This document shows, one piece after another, positions 22,675-33,612 of a DNA stretch of 64,000 bases. Source of the stretch: an uncultured Chloroflexia bacterium (GTDB taxonomy: Bacteria; Chloroflexota; Anaerolineae; Anaerolineales; Anaerolineaceae); NCBI GenBank assembly GCA_963751635.1, contig CAVVVE010000002.1, positions 278,026 to 342,025 on the forward strand, in the 5' to 3' direction. The position numbers and the translations under genes are program-made. Positions within the stretch are counted from its first letter, which is position 1. Each line of letters begins with the position of its first letter. The notes under the pieces are model-generated. The model did no database searches and was not told the DNA's origin. It saw only the letters and a program-made list of their open reading frames with translations.

Positions 22675-22713
22675 TCAAATTTAGAGTTCTTTAAATTAAA
22701 CACAATGCCGGCC

Positions 22714-24341
22714 TCAATTATGAGTGCCGGTTGTTGTTTTAAGCGCGTCGGGAATTGAAATAAGCACATCTCGCGCGGTAACCGCGGCAGTGCTGCCTAA
22801 CCGCTGCCCGGCCAGGATGCCTGCCTGCGAATGCAGCCACACAGCCGTGATGGCAGCAGAGTAACTATTCAGGCCCTGTGCGAGAAAACCGGTTATCATG
22901 CCCGCAAGCACATCACCAGTTCCGGCGGTCGCCAGCGCTGAAGCAGCCACCGGATTAACCATATATTTTCCGGAGGGATCAGCGATAATGGTAAGCGCGC
23001 CTTTGAGAACCACGATATGGCCCCATTTCCGGGCAAATTCCATTGCGACTTCGAGCCGGTTTTTCTGAATTTCATCCACATCGGCAGCCCGGTTAGCGCT
23101 TCCATTTCTCCAGGATGCGGGGTGAGTATCGTTGGCTTCCTTAGCTTGTGAGGCCAATCCTTGATTTTTGCCAGCAACCTGAGGCCGTCTGCGTCAATGA
23201 CCAGGGGCGGGAGGACAGCGGATGAAATCGTTTTTTCAGCCCGCTTTTCGCCGGAAAATCCCAGGATCCGCTTTGAAGAATCTGGCGAGTCTGACCCTTC
23301 CAATAGGTTAGAGAAAAAATCCCGGGTGGGAATTTCCGTGCCCAAACCAGGCCCAATCAGCAAGGCGGATATCCGTTTCAGGTTGCGCTGAAGAACGCTT
23401 GCGCCATCCGCGTTGATCACGCCATCGGTATGGGGCAGGACCAGCCAGGTGGATTCAGGCAAACGGCCTGCGATCGCATCATAAATTGCGCCCGGAATGG
23501 CCGTCCGAACCAGGCCTGCACCAACCCGATATGCGGCTTCAGACGCAAGCAAGGGCGCGCCGCAATAATTGACCGATCCGGCTGCCACCATGCAGGTGCC
23601 AAAAGTGCCCTTATGGGCGTCTTCAGGCCTGGAGGGCAGCAGGGCTGCTGCTTTGCGCGCCGTCATCACCTCGCCTTTAATTCCCTTCCAGGCAGGCAAA
23701 GACCCGGGCAAACCGATATCCACGACAGCAAGTTCACCAACCAGGCGGTGGGCGGGATATTTGAGCAAGCCCTGCTTGACAGCCGCCATGCAAACTGTGA
23801 GGTCCGCTTTCAGGCATTCATCTGCAGCAGCCCCGCTGTCGCAATCCACCCCGGAGGGGCAGTCTACCGCCACAACAATCTGGTTTTTCTTGAGGGATGA
23901 GATTTTTGAAAGTAATTCAGGGATGGCTCCGCGCAGCGGCAAGGAGATGCCGGTTCCCAAAATTCCATCCAGGATCACATCTGAAGTCTTAACCCAATTC
24001 GATAATTGCTTAAAGCCCAGGTCTTCAGTAATTGATGCAAGTTGACCGCCCGCAGCCAAAAAAGCAGCCAGCGCCGGATCATTTTTTTCTCTTTCTTTGA
24101 CAAGCCAGGCTTTTGCTGACCAGCCTGCCTTTATCAAGTGAGTCAGCGCAATCAGCGTATCACCGCCGTTGTTGCCGCTTCCAACCAATCCCAGGACTGT
24201 GCGGAATTCAGCACCAAAGCGGACATGAATCACCCCGGCTAATTCTTTCCCAGCCCTGGCCATCATTTTTTCGTAGCCATATCCGCCCGCGTCTGCCTGG
24301 CGTTCAAGTTCCTTCATCTGCGCAACCGAAACAATCCGCAT
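22714..24341 (-). CDS. nnr: Bifunctional NAD(P)H-hydrate epimerase/dehydratase, frameshift near 23090
   Basis: GSGNNGGD, DGILGTG, AVDCPSG, HKGTFG, GPGLG, IDADGL, TPHPGE, LATAGTGDVLAG. Confidence 0.92.
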
Positions 24342-24415
24342 CTAAAACCTCCAGATTCGTCCTCATTATACTTTCCCCGTTCTTTCATTTTTTGTCCTCA
24401 GTTATAATTCCACGA

Positions 24416-25969
24416 ATGCGGCGATACCTTTACATGGGCGTTTTTTTTGCGGGCTGCGCCAGCCTGGCGGTTGAATTATCCGCCTCACGGCTGCTGGGCA
24501 ATTACTTTGGTTCCAGCAATCTGGTTTGGGCGGCAATCATCGGCCTGATCTTGATCTACCTTTCCGCCGGTTACACGCTGGGCGGCAAATGGGCAGACCG
24601 TTCCCCCGAATACCGCACCTTCTTTTCCATTCTGCTGTGGGCGTCGTTATGCATCGGATTGGTGCCGCTGGCTTCACGGCCGGTACTTCGCTTTGCCAGC
24701 CAGGCTTTTAACGAGATGCGCATGGCAGAGCTGTTCGGTTCCTTTGCCGCAGTTCTGGCGCTCTTCAGCATCCCGGTGATCCTGCTGGGCACCGCCTCCC
24801 CTTTCGCAGTCAGGCTGGCGATGGACGACACCCGCAAATCCGGCTCCGTTGCCGGCAGGATTTACACAATTTCCACCCTCGGATCGTTTATCGGCACTTT
24901 TCTGCCGGTTCTGCTGCTCATCCCCGCCATCGGCACCTATCGGACCTTCGTCGCTTTAAGCGCCATGCTGATGACTGCCGCCCTGATCGGTTTATGGAAG
25001 ACAGCCAACATAAAAACAGCCCTGAAATTCCTGTGGATGCCAATCCTCCTGGCTGCCGCCACCTATTTAGGCCTGAGCGGGATGGATAAAAGTACTGGCA
25101 ACATTCTTTATGAAGGCGAATCGGCTTACAACTACATCCAGGTACAGGAGATTGACGGCTTCCGCCTGCTGCGCCTGAATGAAGGCCAGGGCTTCCATTC
25201 CGTCTACCATCCTGTCCAGGAAAATTTCCACGGCCCCTGGGAACAGGTTCTGGCCGCCCCCTTTTTTTATGACTCCGCTGCGATTGACCAGGACGTCCCC
25301 CGCGCCGCGATCCTGGGTTTGGCGGCAGGCACCAGCGCCAATCAGCTGGTTTCGGTTTATCCTTCCATTGAGATCGATGGCTTTGAGATTGATCCCGAGA
25401 TTGTGGAAGTCGGTTATTCCTATTTCCACATGAATGATACCAACCTGAAAGTATTTAGCGAGGATGCGCGCGTGGGTATCACCCGCAGCAAAGAAACGTA
25501 TGAGATCATCAGCGTGGATGCCTACCGCCCGCCGTATATTCCCTGGCACCTCACCACCCGCGAATTTTTCCAGGAGACTTTCAACCATCTTTCGGACAAA
25601 GGCACCCTGGTCATCAATGTCGCGCGCATCTTTGAAGACCGCCGGCTGGTGGATGCGCTTTACATGACCATCGCTTCTGTTTACCCGAGCGTGTATGTGG
25701 TTGATATTCCGGATACATTAAATTCGATCATCTACGCCACCAAAGAGCCAACCCGCAGCGAAGCCCTCGTCACCAACTACATCGCGCTTGAGAAAGCCAA
25801 CGCCATGCCCGACCTGCTGCGCTACGCGCTTGAAACCGCGATCCTGAATATGCAGCCAACTCCCAAAGAAGGCATCCTGTTAACTGATGACAAGGCGCCG
25901 GTGGAATGGATCACCAACGCGATGATCTTTGACCTGCTCTTTTCCGACAATCTGGAGGCGCTGCAATGA
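24416..25969 (+). CDS. Fused MFS-like membrane domain / spermidine synthase-like methyltransferase
   Basis: TM region ASRLLGNYFGSS, GTASPFAVRL, STLGSFIG; SAM domain ILGLAAGT, EIDPEI, DAY, LTDDKAPVE. Confidence 0.85.
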   Translation: MRRYLYMGVFFAGCASLAVELSASRLLGNYFGSSNLVWAAIIGLILIYLSAGYTLGGKWADRSPEYRTFFSILLWASLCIGLVPLASRPVLRFASQAFNEMRMAELFGSFAAVLALFSIPVILLGTASPFAVRLAMDDTRKSGSVAGRIYTISTLGSFIGTFLPVLLLIPAIGTYRTFVALSAMLMTAALIGLWKTANIKTALKFLWMPILLAAATYLGLSGMDKSTGNILYEGESAYNYIQVQEIDGFRLLRLNEGQGFHSVYHPVQENFHGPWEQVLAAPFFYDSAAIDQDVPRAAILGLAAGTSANQLVSVYPSIEIDGFEIDPEIVEVGYSYFHMNDTNLKVFSEDARVGITRSKETYEIISVDAYRPPYIPWHLTTREFFQETFNHLSDKGTLVINVARIFEDRRLVDALYMTIASVYPSVYVVDIPDTLNSIIYATKEPTRSEALVTNYIALEKANAMPDLLRYALETAILNMQPTPKEGILLTDDKAPVEWITNAMIFDLLFSDNLEALQ

Positions 25970-26658
25970 AAACGTTTATAAAAATCTTCCTGGTGCTGCT
26001 GGTCATCAGCCTGCCGATTCTGCTGGCCACAACCGCCATCCGCATCGCCCTGACGCCTGTTTATGTCAGTGTGGAATACCAAATGCCCGGTTTTCCCGCG
26101 GATGACTACGGCTTTACCACCGCCGACCGGCTGACCTGGTCGCGCTATTCCGTTGATTACCTGCTCGGCCGAATTACGCATGCAGCGTTGACCAACCAGC
26201 GCCTTCCGGATGGTTCGCCGCTGTTCAACGAACGCGAATTGAGCCACATGCTGGATGTCAGAAACCTGACCGCCATCGTCCTGAAAGTATGGCTGGGGCT
26301 GCTGGCCTTTTTTATCCTGGCCGCGGTTCTCAGCTGGGCAGCCAAGGCGCAAACCGCCTGGTTTAGCGCCCTGCGCAGCGGGGCTGCCCTGACCCTAGTG
26401 CTGATTTTCGCGATCCTGTTTTACCTGACCTTGAATTTCAACCAGCTGTTCACCCAATTTCATCAGCTCTTCTTTCAAGGGGATTCCTGGCTCTTCCTGA
26501 TGTCGGATAATCTCATCCGCCTGTTCCCGATCCGTTTCTGGCGCGATATTTTCATCTTTATCGGCGGCTTGTGCATCCTGATGGCTGCCCTGCTGATAAT
26601 GGTCAGCAACAGATATCTCAAAAAGAACAAATCAGACTCTTCGCTCCGCTCAGAGTGA
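25966..26658 (+). CDS. TIGR01906/DUF1461-family integral membrane protein
   Basis: RELSHMLDV, F..FHQLFF..DSWLF, LIRLFP..FW. Confidence 0.85.
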   Translation: MKTFIKIFLVLLVISLPILLATTAIRIALTPVYVSVEYQMPGFPADDYGFTTADRLTWSRYSVDYLLGRITHAALTNQRLPDGSPLFNERELSHMLDVRNLTAIVLKVWLGLLAFFILAAVLSWAAKAQTAWFSALRSGAALTLVLIFAILFYLTLNFNQLFTQFHQLFFQGDSWLFLMSDNLIRLFPIRFWRDIFIFIGGLCILMAALLIMVSNRYLKKNKSDSSLRSE

Positions 26659-26662
26659 CAAA
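26633..26662 (+). repeat. REP-like short palindromic element in gene 3' end
   Basis: CAGACTCTTCGCTCCGCTCAGAGTGACAAA; same terminal 10-mers as the element at 60005..60077. Confidence 0.6.
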
Positions 26663-26667
26663 AAAAT

Positions 26668-26694
26668 AAAGCGCAGGCGTAACCTGCGCTTTTT
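26668..26694. terminator. Bidirectional intrinsic terminator
   Basis: AAAGCGCAGG-CGTAA-CCTGCGCTTTTT between convergent genes. Confidence 0.85.
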
Positions 26695-26708
26695 GAAACC
26701 ACCTGTTT

Positions 26709-27811
26709 CTATTTAAATTGCTTCAGCGCGGATACCAATTCATCCATATCCGCGTCGGAGATCACCGGAGACATGTGCCCGATGCGGAAAATCTTGGGCT
26801 TAAGCGCACCCAAACCGCCCGAGATCTGGATATGATGCTCATTGAGGAGATAGGTCACCACTTTTCCGCTGTCAATGCCCTGCGGGGGGTAAGCCGCGGT
26901 CAGCACCGGGTTGAGCATCTCGTCCGGAGTGAAAGGCGGCATACCCGCCGCGCGCAAACCTGAACGAAGCCGCAAGGCCAGGTCTTGATAGCGGCGCATG
27001 CGGGCGTCAATTCCCTCGGCCAGCAGCTGCTCCAGCGAAACCAGCAGCCCGTTGGCAATGCTCACCGGCATGGTGATGGGCGTGGGGTGCCAGTCGCCCC
27101 AATCGCGGGCGTATTCCCGCCAAACCTGCAGGTTGGTAAACCAGCCATGCGCTTTACGGTCGGTCCGGTCAATCATTTTCCAGGCTTTTTTGCTGATGGA
27201 AACCGGCGCCAGCCCGGGGGTTGCGCCCAAACATTTCTGCGAGGCGGACGGGCACAGGTCGATGCCCCAGGCATCCACATCCATCGGGACGCCTCCAAGC
27301 GAAGAGACCGCATCCACCATGAAAAGCGCGTCACTCTCTTTGACCACGCTGCCAATAGCCTCGATCGGATTGAGGATGGTCGTGGACGTCTCGCTGTGCA
27401 CCACAGCCACGATCCTGGCATCCGGATGGGCTTTCAGGGTTTTGGAAATTTCTGCCGGGTCAAGCGCTTCGCCCCAGGGCGCCTTGACCTCCACGATCTG
27501 CAGGCCATAATTGCTGGCGATGGCTGCAAGCCGGTCGCCGAAAAAGCCATTGTTGCCGATGATGATCTTCTCGCCGGTCAGCATGCTGCTGCCCATGCAG
27601 GCGTCAATCGCGCCGGTGCCCGAACCCGCCATCAGAAAAACATCCTGGCGGGTGTTATAGACCTGCTTGAGCAGCCCGTGATGCGGGCATATTTCTCCAC
27701 CCAGGCCGGGCCGTAATGCGGTTCCACCGGGCTGGATAGCGCTTCCAGCACAGCCGGATGCACCTCCACCGGCCCCGGGATCATCAAGCGGTTGCGCACT
27801 GAAATTGCCAT
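26709..27811 (-). CDS. Class V PLP aminotransferase (alanine-glyoxylate/serine-pyruvate family), frameshift near 27680
   Basis: N-terminus RLMIPGP by hand translation from ATG 27811; HSETST, VDAVSSLGG, ASQKCL (PLP lysine), FRIGHM. Confidence 0.88.
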
Positions 27812-27888
27812 TCTTGTCCTTTCCCTTTTCGTCCTTTAATAATAGCTGCTGCCTTCAAATCGGAACAGTGACGATTGAAGGTTATTTC

Positions 27889-29031
27889 TCATATCATCCG
27901 GCGGTAAATGCGATGCATCTTGTAAAAGTCGATCCCGAAAGTGCTCAATTCCTGCTGCATGCGTTCATTCTCCAAGCCGATCTGCACCAGGTCGGCATGG
28001 ACATAGCGCCCACCCCTGACGCTTTTAGCCATCTCATCAAACAGGACGGCGGTGCCGCCCATGCCGCGGTATTCGGCGATGATGCCGGCGCCGTTAATAT
28101 TGATCCAATCGGTGCGCTTCAATTCGCGCAGCAGGCGCACCCACCCGAACGGCCAGAGCCGCCCCCCGGTTTTCTGCAGCGCGGCGGAAATATCCGGGTA
28201 TGCCAGCAAAAAGCCCACCGGGCGGTCGCCCTTCATTAATATCTTAATCAGGCGCGGGTCAGCGAACCACAGGATCTGGCCGGCCATCTCGGCAACTTCC
28301 TGGTCTGTCATGGGGGTGATATCCTCAGTTCCCACCAGCGAACCGTTGTAGAGGTCTTTTAAATGCGGGAGCATTTTCTTCAGGTCGCCCCGCGAGGCGT
28401 ACTGCTGCACCACCAGCCCGCGCTTTTCACGGACTTTTTCAGCCACCAGGCTGACCTTTTCCGGCAGGGGAAGATCGCGATTGAAGTAGCCCGAGGCCAC
28501 ATCCCGGATGCCTTTAAAGCCCAGCTTTTCCATGAATTCAGGGTAATAGGCATGGTTATAAGGGATGCCCAGCGCCGGGCGGCGGTCAAAGCCGCGCACC
28601 AGCATGCCCATGCCGTTGAGCGCGGTAAAGCCCTTGGGGCCGATGATCTCGGTCAGCCCGCGGGAGCGCGCCCAGGCGAAAGCCGTTTCCATCAGCAGCG
28701 AAAAGGCAGCATAATCATCCACAATCTCCAAAAGATAGAAAAGCCCGATGGCAGACTGGTTGAAACGGTTATGGCGCTGATTATCCAAAACCGCGATGCG
28801 CCCCAGCGCTTCACCCGCATCCGAAACCACCATCAAGAAAGCCGCGTCCGATTCCCGGTAATACGGGTGGCGCGCGCGGTTGAGCATCGCCCTGGCATCC
28901 ATTTCCAGCGGCGGCACCCACTGGCTGCAGCCCCGGTAAATTTTGAACGGCAGCTCAAGGAACTCCCTGACCTGACTGCGATTGCGGGTATCGATTTCCA
29001 GAACGCGCACGGGCTCTCTCCTGAAACGCAT
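27889..29031 (-). CDS. YghO-like GNAT N-acyltransferase
   Basis: FLELPFKIY..WVPPL, GRIAV, IIGP, GMLVRGFD, PYNHAYY, GRLWPFGW, GIIAEYRGMG, YKMHRIY. Confidence 0.78.
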   Translation of the reverse strand: MRFRREPVRVLEIDTRNRSQVREFLELPFKIYRGCSQWVPPLEMDARAMLNRARHPYYRESDAAFLMVVSDAGEALGRIAVLDNQRHNRFNQSAIGLFYLLEIVDDYAAFSLLMETAFAWARSRGLTEIIGPKGFTALNGMGMLVRGFDRRPALGIPYNHAYYPEFMEKLGFKGIRDVASGYFNRDLPLPEKVSLVAEKVREKRGLVVQQYASRGDLKKMLPHLKDLYNGSLVGTEDITPMTDQEVAEMAGQILWFADPRLIKILMKGDRPVGFLLAYPDISAALQKTGGRLWPFGWVRLLRELKRTDWININGAGIIAEYRGMGGTAVLFDEMAKSVRGGRYVHADLVQIGLENERMQQELSTFGIDFYKMHRIYRRMI

Positions 29032-29135
29032 GAGATAAAGACTGGTCTATTTTACCAACTTATCCTTTTTCAAAAGCCGCCTGAAGAGGTAAGTTATAAT
29101 GAAACCCCGCATTATAGACTGGCAGGCAGGTTAAG

Positions 29136-30950
29136 TTGACCAACAAGCAGCAAATCCTCAGGTATGACCTCAAACGCGCCATGACACCCAACCGCCTGGT
29201 TGGGCTGTGGCGGCTGTTAAATGGCTACCATCTTGAATACACTGCCGCGACCGTGCTGCAGGGGCTTTCGGCTTATTCCAAAACCCTGACCTACCTGCTG
29301 CTCAGCTTTTTTGTGGACAACTACCTGATCCACAAGACCGGCAGCGTTCCCGTGTGGCTGATCGCGCTGGGCTTTCTGGCTTTTGCGGCGCTGCAGGGCG
29401 TTTTCACCTACCTGAGCGGCAGGCTGGCCGCCAAATCGGCGGAAGGCACTGTTGAGCGCCTGCGCAATTACCTTTACGACCACATCCAGCACCTGCCCTT
29501 TGCCTACCATTCCGAATCCGACACCGGCGAACTGGTGCAGCGCTGCACCTCGGATGTGGACGCGCTGCGGCGCTTTTACAACGACCAGGCCATCGGCATC
29601 GGGCGCATCACGCTGCTCTTCATCGTCAACTTCATCGCGCTGCTGCAGATCAACGTGCGCCTGACGCTGCTCTCGGTCATCGCGGTGCCTTTCATCCTGG
29701 CAACCTCGCTGGTTTTCTTCAAAAAGGTCACCAAGGCCTATGAAGCCTACCAGGAGCAGGACGCGGTGCTTTCGACCACGCTGCAGGAAAACCTGAGCGG
29801 GGTGCGCGTGGTGAAGGCCTTTGCCCGCCAGACGCATGAGATTGAAAAATTTGACCGCAGCAACTGGGAAAAGTTCCTGCGCGGCAAGAAGCTGCTCACC
29901 ATCCACTCGCTGTTCTGGCCGATCTCGGATATCTTCTGCGGCGCGCAGATGCTGGCCGGTTTTCTGCTGGGCGCGCTGATGGCCATGCGCGGCGAGATTT
30001 CGGTCGGCAATTACATGGCTTACGCCGGGCTGCTGATCTGGATCATCTATCCCCTGCGCGGGCTGGGGCGCTTTATTGTGGACATGTCCAGCGGGCTGGT
30101 CTCGTATGACCGCGTGATGAAGATCATCAAGGAAGAACGCGAACCCCTGGATGACGGCAACCACAACCCGCGCGAAGGCGTGCGCGGCGAATTTGTGTTT
30201 GAGCATGTGTCTTTTGAGTATGAGGAAAAAGACAAGGTGCTGCACGACATCACATTCAGCATTAAGGCCGGCCAGAAGGTGGCCCTGCTGGGCTCCACCG
30301 GTTCCGGCAAGACCTCGCTGGTGAACCTGCTGCCGCGCTTTTATGACTATACCTCGGGCCAAATCCTGCTGGACGGAGTCGACCTGCGCAACTATTCACG
30401 GCGCTTCCTGCGCCAGCAGATCGGCATCGTGGAACAGGAGCCGTTCCTGTTCTCGCGCACCATCCGCGACAACATCACCTACGGCGTCGGGCGGGACGTC
30501 TCGCAGGAGGAAGTGGAGCAGGCTGCCAAAGTGGCGGCGGTGCATGACGTGATCCTTTCCTTCCCGGAAGGCTACAACACGCTGGTCGGCGAACGCGGCG
30601 TGACCCTTTCGGGCGGGCAGAAGCAGCGCGTCGCCATCGCGCGCACCCTGCTGAAGAACCCGCGCATCCTGATCCTGGATGACTCCACCTCATCGGTGGA
30701 CACCGAGACCGAGGCGCAGATCCGCCAGGCGATGCGCGTGCTGATGGAAAACCGCACCACCTTCATCATCGCCCACCGCATCCAGAGCATCATGGACGCC
30801 GACCTGATCCTGGTGCTGGAGGACGGGCGCATCATCCAGCGCGGCACGCACAAAGAACTGCTGAGACAGGCAGGCATCTACCGCCAGATCTACGACATCC
30901 AGACCCGCATCGAAACGGAGCTGAAAGAGGAGATCTCAAGTGCCGTCTGA
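29136..30950 (+). CDS. ABC exporter, fused permease/ATPase (subunit 1)
   Basis: TM domain, GSTGSGKT, LSGGQKQR, ILDDSTS (degenerate Walker B), AHR. Confidence 0.93.
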   Translation: MTNKQQILRYDLKRAMTPNRLVGLWRLLNGYHLEYTAATVLQGLSAYSKTLTYLLLSFFVDNYLIHKTGSVPVWLIALGFLAFAALQGVFTYLSGRLAAKSAEGTVERLRNYLYDHIQHLPFAYHSESDTGELVQRCTSDVDALRRFYNDQAIGIGRITLLFIVNFIALLQINVRLTLLSVIAVPFILATSLVFFKKVTKAYEAYQEQDAVLSTTLQENLSGVRVVKAFARQTHEIEKFDRSNWEKFLRGKKLLTIHSLFWPISDIFCGAQMLAGFLLGALMAMRGEISVGNYMAYAGLLIWIIYPLRGLGRFIVDMSSGLVSYDRVMKIIKEEREPLDDGNHNPREGVRGEFVFEHVSFEYEEKDKVLHDITFSIKAGQKVALLGSTGSGKTSLVNLLPRFYDYTSGQILLDGVDLRNYSRRFLRQQIGIVEQEPFLFSRTIRDNITYGVGRDVSQEEVEQAAKVAAVHDVILSFPEGYNTLVGERGVTLSGGQKQRVAIARTLLKNPRILILDDSTSSVDTETEAQIRQAMRVLMENRTTFIIAHRIQSIMDADLILVLEDGRIIQRGTHKELLRQAGIYRQIYDIQTRIETELKEEISSAV

Positions 30951-32778
30951 TTATTTTGAGGAAGAAGAATTCACCAGCGAGGTGACCGGCGGCGTTCTGA
31001 ACGCATCTTCGGGCTGCTGAGGCAGCACTGGATGTGGGTGGCCGGGTTCATCACCACCATCATCATCGTGTCCATCCTGGACGCGTATTTCACCTACCTG
31101 AGCAAACAGATCATTGACCAGGGCATCCTCAAAAACGACCAGGCCGCGCTGGTGCGCATCCTGATCCGCTACGCGTCCATGATCCTGGTGCAGTCCGCCG
31201 GCATTTTTGTGTTTGTCTACCTGGCGGGCGTGATGGGCGAGCGCATGCGCTACGACCTGCGCCGCATGCTCTTCAACCACCTGCAGACGCTGTCGCTCTC
31301 CTATTACAGCCGCACGCCGGTGGGCTGGATCATGAGCCGCGTGACCAACGACACCGAACGCGTGGCCGAGCTGGTGACCTGGGGGCTGATCGATTCCACC
31401 TGGGGCGTGGTCAACATCGCCACCACGCTGGCGTTCATGTTCGCCATCAACTGGCAGCTGGCGCTGATCGTGCTGGCCATCCTGCCGCTGCTGCTGTACG
31501 TGGCGGTGCAGTTCCGCAAGCGCATCCTGAAGCAGTACCGCAAGGTGCGCAAGATCAACTCGCAGCATCACCGCGTCGTACAACGAGAACATCACCGGGG
31601 TGCGCGTGGTCAAGGCGCTGGGGCGCGAAGACGGCAACCTGGACGAATTCAAGCGGGAAACCGGCGAGATGTACACGCGCCGGCTACCGCGCCGCCTGGC
31701 TGTCCGCGCTCTTCCTGCCGATCGTGCAGATCATCTCCGCCTTCGCCATCGGCGGCATCATCTGGTACAGCGGCGCGCAGATCAACTTTGAAGGCATCAC
31801 CATCGGCGGCATCCAGGCCTTCATCTCCTACATGACCTTCATGATGTGGCCGATCCAGGACCTGGCGCGCGTCTTCGCCGAGATGCAGCACTCGCTGGCC
31901 TCGGCCGAGCGCATCTTCTAGCTGATCGATACCGCGCCCGAGATCCAGAACAAGCCGAATGCCATTGACCCGGGCACCATCCGCGGCGACATCATTTTCG
32001 ACCATGTGCACTTCTGGTATGAGGACGACAAGCCGGTGATCAAGGACTTCAACCTGCACGTCAAGCCCGGCGAGACCATCGCCCTGGTGGGCTCCACCGG
32101 CGGCGGCAAGACCACCATCGTCAACCTGCTGTGCCGCTTCTATGAGCCCAAACGCGGGCGCATCCTGATCGGCGGGCATGACTACACCGACCTGTCGCTG
32201 CACGCCATCCAGTCGCGCATCGGCATGGTGCTGCAGACGCCGCACCTGTTCTCGGGCACCATCCGCGAGAACATCCGCTACGGCCGGCTGGAGCCAGCCG
32301 AGGCGGAGATCGAGAAAGCGGCCAAACTGGCCGGCGCGCACAAGTTCATCAGCCAGCTTCGAGAAGGGCTACGACGAACAGGTGGGCGAAGGCGGCGTGC
32401 TGCTCTCGGTCGGGCAGAAGCAGCTCATCAGCCTGGCGCGCGCGGTGCTCTCGGACCCGGAGATCTTCATCATGGACGAAGCCACCAGCATCGGTGGATA
32501 CCCTCACCGAAGCGCTCATCCAAAGCGGCATGGAAGCCATGATGCAGGGGCGCACCAGCTTCATCATCGCCCACCGCCTGTCCACCATCAAGCGCGCCGA
32601 CCGCATCCTGGTGATCGAGGACGGGCAGATCGCCGAGATGGGCACCCACGCCGAGCTGCTGCGGCAGCAGGGCAAGTACTACAGGCTTTACACCCAGCAG
32701 TTCCGCGCCGAGCGCGAAGACGCCTATAATATTTTCAAGGAAGAGCCCAAACCGGCGGTTGAAACGGATTTTGACTGA
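30940..32778 (+). CDS. ABC exporter, fused permease/ATPase (subunit 2); several indels and one in-frame TAG
   Basis: GTG 30940 overlaps the previous stop. Fragments carry [30 protein letters not shown]; typical heterodimeric exporter partner. Confidence 0.85.
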
Positions 32779-32863
32779 AAAACAGCCCTTGACATCCGCC
32801 GCATTTTGGCGGTATACAGTCGGTTATAATAATTCCATTAATCTGAAAGGGAGTTGATCCAAG

Positions 32864-33500
32864 ATGAAAACTAAATCAAGACTATTTGCCTGGGTGAGTG
32901 TGCTGGCTTTGTCGGCATTGGTGCTATCCGCCTGCGGCGCAGCCGCGCCCGCGGAACCCACCCTGGATCCCAACATGATCTTCACGCAGGTCGCGGAAAC
33001 GGTGATGGTGAGCATGACGCAAACCGCGCAGTCCATGCCGCCCACGCCCGAGCCCCCGCCAACCCAGACCCCGGAACCCGCGATGCCCCCGACGCCGACA
33101 GTGGATTTAAGCATCCCCACCCTGACGCCCATGCCGCTCGGCCCCACCCCGACCGTGCAGCGCTTCGGCGACGCGGCCAAATTCGGCACCAACACGCCCA
33201 AAGACGGCTCGACCTTCAAGATGGGCGAACAATTTGCCATCACGGTGTGCTTTGACAACGTCGGCACCACCGACTGGACCGATGAATATTACCTGGAATG
33301 GGTCAGCGGCCCGCGCCTGTGGAACAATACCAAATACTTCTATGTTGAAGCCCTTACAAAACCCGGCAAGCGCTGGTGCTTCACCATGCCCGCCGTGGCG
33401 CCCTACTCCACCGGCTCGCAGACTGATCACACGCTGGTATTTCAAGAATCCGGACGGCGTGAAAATGGAAGAGTTCTATTTCGTCTATAACGTCCAGTAG
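32864..33500 (+). CDS. Lipoprotein with PT-rich linker and NBR1-like Ig domain (frameshift near 33420)
   Basis: Lipobox LSAC, Pro/Thr linker, TPKDGSTFKMGEQF..F.NVGTTDWT..Y.L. TTGACA at 32789. Confidence 0.75.
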
Positions 33501-33524
33501 GGTATAAGGACTTTCCAAAACAGG

Positions 33525-33562
33525 AACTGGCAGGTGCGAAGCATGCTTCGCACCTGCCAGTT
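33525..33562. repeat. Perfect 38-bp palindrome
   Basis: AACTGGCAGGTGCGAAGCA|TGCTTCGCACCTGCCAGTT. Confidence 0.9.
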
Positions 33563-33568
33563 TTAAAT

Positions 33569-33599
33569 AAAAGAGCAGCTTCGATGGCTGCTCTTTTTT
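33569..33599. terminator. Bidirectional intrinsic terminator
   Basis: AAAAGAGCAGC-TTCGATG-GCTGCTCTTTTTT between convergent genes. Confidence 0.85.
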
Positions 33600-33612
33600 G
33601 TTTAAGGAGGGT

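Noticed and set aside
29217-30362. Long antisense ORFs (also 39737..40915, 59196..60032, 10782..11441)
   Set aside because: Shadow frames of GC-rich genes with clear sense-strand identity; no motifs of their own.
31919-31921. In-frame TAG in the second ABC gene (and at 41461) as pyrrolysine or readthrough
   Set aside because: A single substitution or insertion in error-rich sequence restores the normal family sequence; no pyl genes are seen.
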